A stretch of 42,550 bases of DNA from contig CALVJP010000021.1 in the NCBI GenBank assembly GCA_944332215.1, positions 1 to 42,550 of the forward strand, written 5' to 3'. Source of the DNA: an uncultured Bacilli bacterium. Lineage in GTDB: Bacteria; Bacillota_I; Bacilli_A; RF39; UBA660. A program made the position numbers and the translations under genes. Position 1 is the stretch's first letter. Every line of letters begins with the position of its first letter. Shown one piece after another: positions 29,968-39,755 of the stretch. Under the pieces are notes generated by a model. That model made no database searches, was not told the DNA's origin, and was given only the letters and a program-made list of their open reading frames with translations.

Positions 29968-31588
29968 ATTTATTATCTAAATAATTCATAATTTTAGGAA
30001 CCATCTGTTTTTTCCGCGAAACCAAACCATCAAAGAAATGGGCTTCTTCAATATTTTCCACATTAAAAGATCCACTAAAGACTTCCTTGCTATCTTCATT
30101 AAATAAAACATAAGAGCCATTTTTCAAAATATCCGTCACAAATAAAGCTACTGCTGTATAATCTTCATTACGAGCAATATCATTTAAAGTTTCGATAAAT
30201 TCATCTTGTTTACTCATGATTTCTTCTGTACTCATCGTTGAAATCTGACCAATTCCCAATTTTTGATTATCAATAATAAAGTTTTTAAAGTCAATGTGAA
30301 TAACCTCATTAATACTCATGCCCTCAATCGAAGAGCCAGCTTTAAACATTTCCATCCCATATTTTTCGTAATCCACTTCCGCGATTCGCGCTAAATCTTT
30401 TAAAGCTTTCTTATCAGTTTCTGTAGTCGTTGGTGAACTTAGTAATAGAGTATCCGAAATGATTCCTGAAAGCATTAAGCCGGCGATGTCTTTAGGAATA
30501 TCAACATTATTTTCTTTATACATTAAATATAAAATGGTTTCCGTACAACCAAGTGGCATATTGCGAAAATTAATTGGCATAGATGTTCCAATATTGCCAA
30601 TTTTATGGTGATCGACAATTTCGACAATCTCAGCTTCATCCAATCCAATGACACTTTGTTCTTTCTCATTATGATCTACTAAAATAACCTTTTTAGGATG
30701 CTTATTATCCGAGATATTCGCTTTAAAAATACCTAAGCATTTGCCATTATTATCTAACACAGGATAATTACTAAATTTCTTTTTATTAGCTAGTTCTAAA
30801 ACATCATATAAAGAATCATTTTCATTAACCGCGATAATTTCCTCTTTTTTCACTTTATCCTTAATATAATTACTTAAAACCACTAAATTAGCGGTAGTAA
30901 TACCATCATATTTAGTTCTAATCACATCGACTTTGTTTTTCCTAGCAATTTCCAAATGTTCCGGCTTCATTTCCACATTATTGGTTAAAATAATAATAGA
31001 TGCTTTATTATTAACCGCATATTCAATAATACTATGGCGATCTCCAACAATTAACACACTATTTTCATCAATTTTAATTAATTCTTTGAATGTCGTACTA
31101 CGATATGAAGGAACAATAATTTCCCCGGTAATTTCTTTATCAAATCTTAGGATTTCCTCTGCTTGTAAAGCTTCAAGTAAATTATCATAAGATGTATTAA
31201 TTTGTCCAAGGTTTCCAGAAATTAAATTACCAGCGACATCTTTCATCGATACGGCTCCTAAATAATCTTTATTTTCACTAATAACCGGAATTGTTCCAAT
31301 TTTAGTTTCATTCATATAATTATAACCTTTAAAAATTGAATCTGTCTCATGTAAAAAACAATCATTAATATAGTCGACATCTTTAATTTGTAAGCGAACA
31401 TCATTTAAATATTTTGGTATTTCAAAGCCAAAATGGTTTAAGACAAATTTAGTTTCCTTATTAATATCACCTAAAACTCGCGGCTCCGTATTTTCCCCTA
31501 GTTGATTTTTTAAATAAGATAAAACAATGGCTGCGGTGACGGCATCCGTATCTGGCTTCTGATGACCAAAGATTAAAGTTTTTTCCAC
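29966..31588 (-). CDS. ppaC: Family II Mn-dependent inorganic pyrophosphatase with CBS-DRTGG-CBS insert (probable GTG start)
   Basis: GHQKPDTD, LVDHNE, VDHH, SDTL, SRKKQ; ~230-aa insert with IVGDR. Confidence 0.92.
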   Translation of the reverse strand: MEKTLIFGHQKPDTDAVTAAIVLSYLKNQLGENTEPRVLGDINKETKFVLNHFGFEIPKYLNDVRLQIKDVDYINDCFLHETDSIFKGYNYMNETKIGTIPVISENKDYLGAVSMKDVAGNLISGNLGQINTSYDNLLEALQAEEILRFDKEITGEIIVPSYRSTTFKELIKIDENSVLIVGDRHSIIEYAVNNKASIIILTNNVEMKPEHLEIARKNKVDVIRTKYDGITTANLVVLSNYIKDKVKKEEIIAVNENDSLYDVLELANKKKFSNYPVLDNNGKCLGIFKANISDNKHPKKVILVDHNEKEQSVIGLDEAEIVEIVDHHKIGNIGTSMPINFRNMPLGCTETILYLMYKENNVDIPKDIAGLMLSGIISDTLLLSSPTTTETDKKALKDLARIAEVDYEKYGMEMFKAGSSIEGMSINEVIHIDFKNFIIDNQKLGIGQISTMSTEEIMSKQDEFIETLNDIARNEDYTAVALFVTDILKNGSYVLFNEDSKEVFSGSFNVENIEEAHFFDGLVSRKKQMVPKIMNYLDNK

Positions 31589-31696
31589 TAAAATCATCTC
31601 CTTTTTTAAGCATTTCAATTATAACATGCTTTTCCTTATTTTTAAAGTATAAATAAAAATTTTTATCACACAATATTTTTAGAAAGAAGGTAGAAA

Positions 31697-32230
31697 ATGA
31701 AAGCAACTGGAGTCGTAAGACGTATTGATGATCTAGGCCGAATTGTTATCCCAAAAGAAATTAGAAAAAATCTTCGGATTAAAAATGGTGAAAATTTCGA
31801 AATATTCCTTGATGAAGAAGAACATATTATTTTAAAAAAATATAGTCAAATTGATAAATTAAAAGATGTCGCCACCTCTTTAGCTGATGCTATTTATAGT
31901 TTAATAAAAAAAGATATTTTTATTACTAATACGGATACTTTTATTGCAATTGGTGGCCATTTAAAAAAAGAATATTTAAATAAACCTTTATCGGGGCAAA
32001 TTGAAAAAGCCATCCATAGTCGTCAAGAAGTAATTGAATCAGAAATTAATTCTCTGGATATTTCCGCAGAGAAAACAATCAAAGCAAGTTATGCCTTATG
32101 TCCAATAATTGCTGGTGGTGATGCTGTAGGCTCCCTTATTCTTATTTCTACTAAAGAAGCGCTTCAAGATCCTGATTTTCAAATTATAAAACTAGCAGCT
32201 AACTTTTTAGCTAGGCATATTGAACAATAA
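31697..32230 (+). CDS. spoVT: SpoVT (AbrB-type N-domain plus GAF-like C-domain)
   Basis: MKATGVVRRIDDLGRIVIPKEIR, LKKYS, PIIAGGDAVG, AANFLARH; 177 aa; near mfd. Confidence 0.9.
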   Translation: MKATGVVRRIDDLGRIVIPKEIRKNLRIKNGENFEIFLDEEEHIILKKYSQIDKLKDVATSLADAIYSLIKKDIFITNTDTFIAIGGHLKKEYLNKPLSGQIEKAIHSRQEVIESEINSLDISAEKTIKASYALCPIIAGGDAVGSLILISTKEALQDPDFQIIKLAANFLARHIEQ

Positions 32231-32248
32231 AAAAAAATATGCTATAAT
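32220..32248 (+). promoter_or_regulatory. sigmaA promoter of the T-box leader
   Basis: TTGAAC-17-TATAAT with extended TG. Confidence 0.7.
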
Positions 32249-32254
32249 TGGAAA

Positions 32255-32466
32255 GAAAAGCCACGAAAGAGAGAAAAGTAGGTAACTTTATAGAGAGTTT
32301 ATGGTTGGTGCAAATAAACAAGGTGACTACTCGAAATGGCTCTGGAGCTGTCTAACTGAATATTTAGGTTAGAACGAGGACATGCGTTAAATGTAGAAGG
32401 CAAGCACAGCTTGTAAATTAAGGTGGTACCACGTCAATCACGTCCTTATGTTAAGGGCGTTTTTTT
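32255..32466 (+). ncRNA. T-box riboswitch with Met (AUG) specifier
   Basis: AGTA, AGAGA and GGTGCAA stem I motifs; GAA-ATG-GC specifier loop (ATG 32336-32338); T-box AAGGTGGTACCACG 32420-32433; terminator ACGTCCTTA..TAAGGGCGT plus T-run 32440-32466. Confidence 0.92.
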
Positions 32467-32483
32467 GTTTAAAGGAGGAGAAT

Positions 32484-32969
32484 ATGGCCAGACAATTTAA
32501 TAAAATTAGTTTCAATCAGTTTAGCCAGGATACAGGTTTAAATATTAAAGAATATAATGAGTATCCAATACCTAAGCGTAGCACTTTTCATAGTGCTGGC
32601 TATGACTTTAGCTTGCTTGATGATATTACAATTTTACCTGGGGAAATCAAAAAAATTCCAACCGGAATTAAAGTTCAAATGGAAAATGATGAGGTTTTAT
32701 TAATTTTTATTAGAAGTAGCCTCGGCTTCAAATATAATCTTCGTATGTGTAATCAAGTTGGCATTATCGATAGTGATTATTATAATAACGAAGAAAACGA
32801 AGGTCATATTTTTATCAAATTGCAAAATGAAGGGGAAAAAACGGTTACCCTTAAAAAAGGTGAGCATATTGTTCAAGGGATTTTCATTAAATATCTTATG
32901 ACAGATAATGATGATCTTTTACAAGTTAAACGGACTGGTGGTTTTGGAAGTACCAATAAGGAGGGTTAA
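32484..32969 (+). CDS. dut: Trimeric dUTPase
   Basis: SAGYD, IPTGI, RSS, GIIDSDY, VQGI, RTGGFGST; RBS AAGGAGG before ATG 32484. Confidence 0.93.
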   Translation: MARQFNKISFNQFSQDTGLNIKEYNEYPIPKRSTFHSAGYDFSLLDDITILPGEIKKIPTGIKVQMENDEVLLIFIRSSLGFKYNLRMCNQVGIIDSDYYNNEENEGHIFIKLQNEGEKTVTLKKGEHIVQGIFIKYLMTDNDDLLQVKRTGGFGSTNKEG

Positions 32970-32970
32970 A

Positions 32971-33921
32971 ATGAGTGAAAAAAAACGATTATTAATTACC
33001 CATGTGGCTGATCCTGATGGCATCACGCCCATTATTTTAGCTCAATTAGTTTTTGATAATTTTGATAAATTATTATTAAATCCGCCTGAGGTTGATGCTA
33101 ATTTACGAGAAAATTTGGATAAATATGATGAAATTCATCTAGTTGATTTATCAATGTCGGAAACTTTAGCTGCTGAAATAGCTAGTAATGAGCAGTTAAA
33201 AGGCAAAATTAAATTATTTGATCACCATAAAAGTGCTTTACCTTTAAATAAATATTCTTTCGCTACAGTTATTGATGAACAAAATGGCCAAAAAGAAAGT
33301 GCGACTAGTATCTATTACAGCTATTTAAAAACTATTTCCGATAATAAAACACTCCATAAAGCCTCTACCCAAGGTCTGGTCGATCAAGTAAGAATCATTG
33401 ATACTTATGACTTTAAAACAGAAAATGATAAAACCGCGCATAATATTGACGATTTATTTTCAATTATGGGTCGCCAAAATTACATCGATTATTTTTTTAA
33501 ATATTTAAAAACCCATGATGAGTTTCAATATAGTGAGGCCGAATTATTTTTAATTAAATTAGAGCAAGATAAAAAAAATAATTATATCGAACAAAGAGAA
33601 GGGGAAATGTTAAGAGCTAATTTAGATGGCTATAATATTGGTCTTTCATATGCTGAGAAATACCGTAGTGATTTGGGAAACTATCTTGTTAATAAATATC
33701 CCGATTTAGATTTTGTCATTATTATTAATGTGGCTAAAAGTATTAGTTACCGCGGGCAAGATAAAGTTGATCTTTCAGGATTGGCTGAAAAATATGGTGG
33801 AGGTGGACATAAAAATGCCTCAGGCAGTCCCTTACCACCTAAGCTATTGGAAAATATTACTAAAATGATTTTCCCAACGATAGAATTAAAAGAAAATTTA
33901 AGCAAGGAGGAAATAAAATGA
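32971..33921 (+). CDS. DHH/DHHA1 phosphoesterase (nanoRNase NrnB-like)
   Basis: THVADPDG, VDLS, FDHH, GGGGHKNASG. Confidence 0.85.
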   Translation: MSEKKRLLITHVADPDGITPIILAQLVFDNFDKLLLNPPEVDANLRENLDKYDEIHLVDLSMSETLAAEIASNEQLKGKIKLFDHHKSALPLNKYSFATVIDEQNGQKESATSIYYSYLKTISDNKTLHKASTQGLVDQVRIIDTYDFKTENDKTAHNIDDLFSIMGRQNYIDYFFKYLKTHDEFQYSEAELFLIKLEQDKKNNYIEQREGEMLRANLDGYNIGLSYAEKYRSDLGNYLVNKYPDLDFVIIINVAKSISYRGQDKVDLSGLAEKYGGGGHKNASGSPLPPKLLENITKMIFPTIELKENLSKEEIK

Positions 33922-35483
33922 AACCAACTTTTTATATAACCACTTCCATCTTTTATGCTTCAGCTAAACCTCATATTGGTAATTCTTATGAGGGGGTTTT
34001 AACGGATGCCATTGCCAGATATAAAAGGTTAACTGGCTATGATGTTCAGTTTCACACTGGCACCGATGAACACGGGGAGAAAGTTCAGCAAAATGCTATG
34101 AAAAATGGCAAACAGCCACAAGAATATGTCGATGAAATTTCTTTGGAAGTGCGTCGGATTTTAGACTTATTAAATGTTAGCTATGATAAATTTGTTAGGA
34201 CTTCTAATCTTCATCATAAAGAAATTGTGCAAAAAATATTTCAAAAATTATACGATCAAGGAGATATTTATAAAGGAAAGTACGAAGGATTATATTGCAC
34301 ACCTTGTGAATCGTTCTTTACTGAGTCCCAATTAGTGGATGGTAAATGTCCTGATTGTGGCAGAGAAGTTAAATACGCCAGTGAAGAAGCTTATTTTTTA
34401 AAACTTAGTAAATATAATGAATGGCTTAAAGATTATATCAATGATCATCCAGATTTTATTGAACCGGAAAGCCGTAAGAATGAAATTATGAATAATTTTA
34501 TTATACCTGGGGTCCAAGATCTTTGTATTTCTCGTACTTCATTTGACTGGGGGATTAAAGTGCCTTTTGATGAAAAACATGTGATTTATGTCTGGCTAGA
34601 TGCTTTAGTTAACTATATTACTTTTATCGGGTATGATCCTGAGAAAAGTGAGATAGAGTTTAATAAATATTGGCCAGCGGATGTTCATGTTATTGGTAAG
34701 GATATTTTAAGATTCCATACTATTTATTGGCCTGTTATTTTACACGCTTTAGATTTACCAATGCCAAAAAAGATTTTCGGTCATCCATGGGTTTTGTTTG
34801 GTGATGGGGAAAAAATGAGTAAGTCTAAAGGTAATGTCATATATGCTGATGAGTTAGTTAAGCATTTTGGAGCCGATGCCGTTAGATATTACCTTCTTCA
34901 TGAAATTCCTTATGGTCATGATGGTAATATTAGTTATGAGCTTCTAATTGAAAGACTTAACTCTGATTTAGCCAATGTTATGGGTAACTTAGTTAATCGG
35001 ACTATTACCATGGCTCATAAGTATTTTGATGGCCTTGTTTATGAGCCCACAGCTATTACTGATCAAGATCAGCAATTAATTGAGATGGCGAAAGCTTTAA
35101 AAGGTCAAGTTGAAAACAAAATGAATGATCTTAAGGTGGCTGAAGCCATTGATGCCATTTTCGAGCTTTATCGCCGTAGTAATAAATATATTGATGAGAC
35201 CATGCCTTGGGTTTTAGCCAAAGATCCTGAACAAACTGATAGATTAAAAACCGTTATTTATAATCTTTTAGAAGCTATCAGAATCGCCACCGTCTTTTTG
35301 CAAGCATTCTTGCCAGAAACGGCAGATAAAATCTTTAAACAATTAAACACCGAAAATCGGGGAATTGATTCTGTTAATGATTTTACCGGTATGGATGGCG
35401 GAATTAAATTAAATACTCCTGAAGTATTATTCGCACGAGTTGATAAAGATGAAAAATTAAAAGAAATTTACGAAGTACAGTAA
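33918..35483 (+). CDS. metG: Methionyl-tRNA synthetase, short form without C-terminal tRNA-binding domain
   Basis: PHIGN, TGTDEHG, CTPC..CPDC, YVWLDAL, GKDILRFH, KMSKS. Confidence 0.97.
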   Translation: MKPTFYITTSIFYASAKPHIGNSYEGVLTDAIARYKRLTGYDVQFHTGTDEHGEKVQQNAMKNGKQPQEYVDEISLEVRRILDLLNVSYDKFVRTSNLHHKEIVQKIFQKLYDQGDIYKGKYEGLYCTPCESFFTESQLVDGKCPDCGREVKYASEEAYFLKLSKYNEWLKDYINDHPDFIEPESRKNEIMNNFIIPGVQDLCISRTSFDWGIKVPFDEKHVIYVWLDALVNYITFIGYDPEKSEIEFNKYWPADVHVIGKDILRFHTIYWPVILHALDLPMPKKIFGHPWVLFGDGEKMSKSKGNVIYADELVKHFGADAVRYYLLHEIPYGHDGNISYELLIERLNSDLANVMGNLVNRTITMAHKYFDGLVYEPTAITDQDQQLIEMAKALKGQVENKMNDLKVAEAIDAIFELYRRSNKYIDETMPWVLAKDPEQTDRLKTVIYNLLEAIRIATVFLQAFLPETADKIFKQLNTENRGIDSVNDFTGMDGGIKLNTPEVLFARVDKDEKLKEIYEVQ

Positions 35484-35508
35484 ACGAAAATCCCCTTTTC
35501 GTTTTTTT
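35482..35508 (+). terminator. Intrinsic terminator after metG
   Basis: AAACGAAAA-tcccc-TTTTCGTTT plus T-run. Confidence 0.7.
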
Positions 35509-35587
35509 GTTTATAAATATTGTAAAAGTTAATAAAAAATGCTATAATTCAAGGTGTAGTGTGCTGTATGATAGGGGGAATTAAATT

Positions 35588-37432
35588 ATGGAACAGACTA
35601 CTAAAATTGCTACATCAAAAAGCAATTTACCATCAAAAGTGCGTGCCCATGAACAGTTATATAATATAACAGATCCATTACCACGCATGACAATTTATGA
35701 CTATGTATATCAAAACAATCTCATGTATGAGGGAAATCCTGCTTTTGATTATATGGGAACTGTAATTACTTATAGCAAATTTTTCAAAATGTGTCAAAAA
35801 ACCGTTCAGGCTTTGGCTCATTATGGAGTTAAAAAAGGTGATATTGTTACAATAATGATGCCAACTCAACCGGAAACATTTTATCTTTTCTATGCTTTAA
35901 GTAGATTAGGGGCGGTGGCTAATATGGTTGACCCAAGATACCCAAAAGATTACTTAGAACATGCAATTAACCGAGTTGAATCAGAATTAGTCATTGCTTC
36001 AACCGCCACTGGTGATAGTTTAAAAAATGCGAAGCAAAAAACTTCGGCAAAAGAAATAATTATGGCTGCGCCAGGGTTATCAGTTGGCCTTAAAGCTATA
36101 TTGACCGATAAGGAGTTGCGCGAAAATGCTAAAAATATGACCACTACAGATTTTGCTAAAAGCTGTAATTCATGGCGTAGATTTCTTAAAGATGGTAAAC
36201 AGACGAAAGATATAGACTTTCCAGAATATGAGCCTGATTTAACTGTCGCAATGGTTGGCACAGGAGGAACAACAGGTACGCCTAAATTAGTGGAATTAAC
36301 TAATGATAATATTAATTCAGCCGTTTTTCAATGCATGAATGCTAACTTCAACTTCCAAAGAGAACATACGTGGTATGATATTATGCCACCATTTATTGCT
36401 TTTGGTATTGTTGATGGCCTTCATTTGCCTTTATCTAAAGGCATGAAAGTCATCTTAGAGCCTCAACCATCACCAGCTAGAATGATAAAAGTATTAACTA
36501 ATAATATAGTTAATCACCAAGCTTGTGGCCCTAATTTCTATACCGAGACTAAAGATGATCCAAGACTTAAAAATGCTGATTTAACTCAATTATATTCACC
36601 TATTTTGGGTGGTAAAAACATTAATCCAAAAAATGAAATCGAAGTTAATCAAGCTTTAAAAAAACAAGGATGTCCAAGCCGCTTAAGAGTAGGATATGGC
36701 TTAACTGAATGCGCGGGCGCAGCTTCAGCTCCCGGTACGGATGATACGGCTTTACCGCAATCTTGTGGAGCCACTTTACCTGAAGAAATTGTCAGTACTT
36801 TTCGCCCTATTCAAAATGAAGATGGCACGATCAGTTATCAAGAATTACCATATATTGATGTTAACTATGATGGCCCGATTACAGAAAACATGAGTGGCGA
36901 ACTTTGGATAAGTGGTCCAAATGTCATGAAAGGTTATTATAAGAATGAAGAAGAAACCAATCGAGTATTAATAAAACACGATGGTCGCGTGTGGCTTCGT
37001 ACAGGTGATTTAGGTTATGTCACTTCTAACGGCCTTGTTTATGTGATTGGACGCTCTAAAGAATTGATTATTAGATTTACCGGCTTTAAAGTCCCACCAA
37101 AAGAAATAGAAGATATTATTTTAGCTGATCCAGCAGTAGATGATTGCAAAGTGGTTGGCTTTGAAAATCCACATATCACTAATGACCAATTACCTAAAGT
37201 TTATTATACATTAACCAAAGATATAAAAAATCCCAATATCAAAGAGATAGAATCACGTTTAGCGCTCCTTTGCGAAGCAAAATTACCTGATTATAAATGG
37301 CCTGTAGCTTTTGAATGCCTAGAAAAAATGCCATTAACGCCGATTGCTAAAATTGATATTAAAAAATTACAAGCTGATGCCACCGAAAAGGCTCAAACAG
37401 TTTCTAAACAGCTATGTTTAAGAATAAAATAG
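35588..37432 (+). CDS. Class I adenylate-forming enzyme (acyl-CoA ligase-like)
   Basis: TGGTTGTPK, GYGLTE, GELWISGPNVMKGYY, RTGDLG, GRSKE; own promoter TTGTAA-17-TATAAT at 35520-35548. Confidence 0.92.
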   Translation: MEQTTKIATSKSNLPSKVRAHEQLYNITDPLPRMTIYDYVYQNNLMYEGNPAFDYMGTVITYSKFFKMCQKTVQALAHYGVKKGDIVTIMMPTQPETFYLFYALSRLGAVANMVDPRYPKDYLEHAINRVESELVIASTATGDSLKNAKQKTSAKEIIMAAPGLSVGLKAILTDKELRENAKNMTTTDFAKSCNSWRRFLKDGKQTKDIDFPEYEPDLTVAMVGTGGTTGTPKLVELTNDNINSAVFQCMNANFNFQREHTWYDIMPPFIAFGIVDGLHLPLSKGMKVILEPQPSPARMIKVLTNNIVNHQACGPNFYTETKDDPRLKNADLTQLYSPILGGKNINPKNEIEVNQALKKQGCPSRLRVGYGLTECAGAASAPGTDDTALPQSCGATLPEEIVSTFRPIQNEDGTISYQELPYIDVNYDGPITENMSGELWISGPNVMKGYYKNEEETNRVLIKHDGRVWLRTGDLGYVTSNGLVYVIGRSKELIIRFTGFKVPPKEIEDIILADPAVDDCKVVGFENPHITNDQLPKVYYTLTKDIKNPNIKEIESRLALLCEAKLPDYKWPVAFECLEKMPLTPIAKIDIKKLQADATEKAQTVSKQLCLRIK

Positions 37433-37454
37433 TGAGTTAAATCTCATTATTTTT
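37426..37454 (+). terminator. Probable intrinsic terminator
   Basis: AAAATAGTGAG-ttaaat-CTCATTATTTT. Confidence 0.55.
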
Positions 37455-37535
37455 AAAAAATTTCATAATTTTCTCAGTAAATATACCAACTGAAGGTATC
37501 CATGGTATAATGTAGTTAGTTTAAGGAGGGTTAAA

Positions 37536-39374
37536 ATGGTTATAGGAACATCTGTCATATGTTGTTGTTTAGTTTATAGTATTATGTTATTAATCCTATA
37601 TTTTTCTAAACGCCGAATTAATAATACGGAAAATAAAATATATAGTGTTTTAGTGGTTATCAATGTTTTTGGTTTGGTTTTGGAACTACTATGTTGTTAT
37701 TTTACATATTATAATGGAATAGATACGCTCCATACCATGTTATGTATTATATGTAATCGCTTATTTATCTTATATTTATTAACTTGGTTATCGGTTTTTA
37801 CTTTTTATATTTTTTATATTACTTTTACCAAAAACGATAAAATCCAAAAAAACATGGCAACGAATAAAAAAAGATTTTTTATCATCGCCGGCATTTTGTA
37901 TGCAATTATGCTAGTATTTGCTTTAATGCTTCCATTATATTACTTTAATGATGGTAATTATGTATATAGTTATGGCTCAGCCACTTCTTTACTTATGGTT
38001 TTTGGAGGTATAACCATTGTTTTTGATATTTTTTGTGTTTTTAAAAATCGCAAAAACATACGTAATCGGCAATATTATCCTTTGTTCGTGTTAATCATTT
38101 TGATGATTATTGTCTTAATTATTCGTAATGTCAATCCGGGAATTATTTTAATAAATTCTACCTTTGCTTTTATCACGGCGTTAATGTTCCATACCATTGA
38201 AAACCCAGATGTTCAATTAATTGGTGAATTATATAAAAATAAAAAATTGATTGAAAAATCTAATGAAGATACTTCAAAATTTTTGTTTAAAATGACGCAA
38301 GATATTAAAAATCCAGTTAAAGAATTAATTAGTATTAGCCGTGATATGACCAACGAAACCAATATTGATGTATTAAAGCAGGCCTCAAAACATATCAATA
38401 ATTATAGTACACAAATAGACTATTTAATTAATAAAGCCTTAAATATTTCCAGTATGGATACGCAGAAAATCAAGATATATGAAAATAAATATAATGTTAT
38501 TAATTTGTTTAAAGAAATTTCCTTTAGAACACAAGAAAAAATCAATCCAGAAGTACAATTTTCCTTTTCAATTAATCAAAATATTCCAGAGTACCTATAT
38601 GGGGATGCAATTAAATTAAAACAGGCTGTTTATTCATTAATTGATAATGCCATGAATAATACGAAAACGGGGTTTATTAATTTAGACGTTAGCTCCATTG
38701 TAAGATATAACGTCTGCCGTTTAATTATTAGTATTGAAGATTCTGGGCAAGGACTCGATATTGACGAAGTCAATAAAATTCTTAGTTTAAACAGTGAAGA
38801 TTTAGAGGAAATTAAGTTAACTAGCCTTGAGGATCGCAATAATCTTGATTTTAAATCGGTTAAAAAAATTATTAATATTTTAGGCGGAAGTATGATGCTG
38901 AAAAGTGAGCTGCAACATGGAACAACGGTTACCCTCGTATTAGATCAAAAAATTGTGGCCAATGATGATACCACAATTACTCAAAAACTGGAAAGTTATG
39001 AACAAACTTTATATGGTGATAAAAAAGTTTTAATTGTTGATGACGATGCCGAAGAATTGGCTAATATAACTTCTTTACTGGAAAAAGAAAATGTCATTGT
39101 CAGCTCATCGGTTTATGGCCGCGATTGTATTGAGAAAGTGCGCGTTAAAATGAAATATAATCTAATTATTCTTGATGATGATATGCCTAATTATAGTGCC
39201 TTAGCTATTTTGCAAGAACTTCAAAAAATTAAGAATTTTAAAACGCCTGTAGTTGTGATGATCAATGATAATAAAGAAAGCATCAAACTGCACTATTTAA
39301 AAGATGGCTTTGCTGATTGTATTATGAAATCTAAGCTAGAATCAGAACTTGCTAGAGTCATCAAAAGATTTTAA
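37536..39374 (+). CDS. Membrane hybrid histidine-kinase/receiver-like protein with degenerate kinase motifs
   Basis: About seven hydrophobic segments; H-box reads FLFKMTQDIKNP; YLYGD..KLKQ..SLIDNA, IEDSGQG; receiver VLIVDDD, ILDDDMP, IMKS. Confidence 0.85.
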   Translation: MVIGTSVICCCLVYSIMLLILYFSKRRINNTENKIYSVLVVINVFGLVLELLCCYFTYYNGIDTLHTMLCIICNRLFILYLLTWLSVFTFYIFYITFTKNDKIQKNMATNKKRFFIIAGILYAIMLVFALMLPLYYFNDGNYVYSYGSATSLLMVFGGITIVFDIFCVFKNRKNIRNRQYYPLFVLIILMIIVLIIRNVNPGIILINSTFAFITALMFHTIENPDVQLIGELYKNKKLIEKSNEDTSKFLFKMTQDIKNPVKELISISRDMTNETNIDVLKQASKHINNYSTQIDYLINKALNISSMDTQKIKIYENKYNVINLFKEISFRTQEKINPEVQFSFSINQNIPEYLYGDAIKLKQAVYSLIDNAMNNTKTGFINLDVSSIVRYNVCRLIISIEDSGQGLDIDEVNKILSLNSEDLEEIKLTSLEDRNNLDFKSVKKIINILGGSMMLKSELQHGTTVTLVLDQKIVANDDTTITQKLESYEQTLYGDKKVLIVDDDAEELANITSLLEKENVIVSSSVYGRDCIEKVRVKMKYNLIILDDDMPNYSALAILQELQKIKNFKTPVVVMINDNKESIKLHYLKDGFADCIMKSKLESELARVIKRF

Positions 39375-39401
39375 AATATTGGAGGTAATTCCAATATTTT
39401 T
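39373..39401 (+). terminator. Intrinsic terminator
   Basis: AAAATATTGGA-ggtaat-TCCAATATTTTT. Confidence 0.7.
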
Positions 39402-39542
39402 ATTTTCTATTAGCTAAAATAAAACCATCTTGAATAACTTGACAGTTAATCCGTAAAATGTAGCATATTGTCGATAGAAAATATTTGATATTCTTACCTT
39501 TTGATGTTATATTAGAAGAGGACATGATAGAGGGAGAAGCGC

Positions 39543-39722
39543 ATGATTACAAAACATAAAAAGGATATAATTATTGGCTCAGTCTTTGTAGCCATTATTA
39601 TATTCTTAATACTTGATGTAATTAAGAAGGCTAGTTTAATTGATGTGGTATATTTAATATTTATTGTCGGCTGCTTTATTAGATTTATTTATATTAAAAC
39701 ACATCCTAAAGGATTATACTAA
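39543..39722 (+). CDS. Small two-TM membrane protein, 59 aa (not in the ORF track)
   Basis: RBS AGGGAG; MITKHKKDIIIGSVFVAIIIFLILDVIKKASLIDVVYLIFIVGCFIRFIYIKTHPKGLY*. Confidence 0.7.
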   Translation: MITKHKKDIIIGSVFVAIIIFLILDVIKKASLIDVVYLIFIVGCFIRFIYIKTHPKGLY

Positions 39723-39755
39723 TTTATGGTATAATCTTTTTAGGTGATTAAATTG

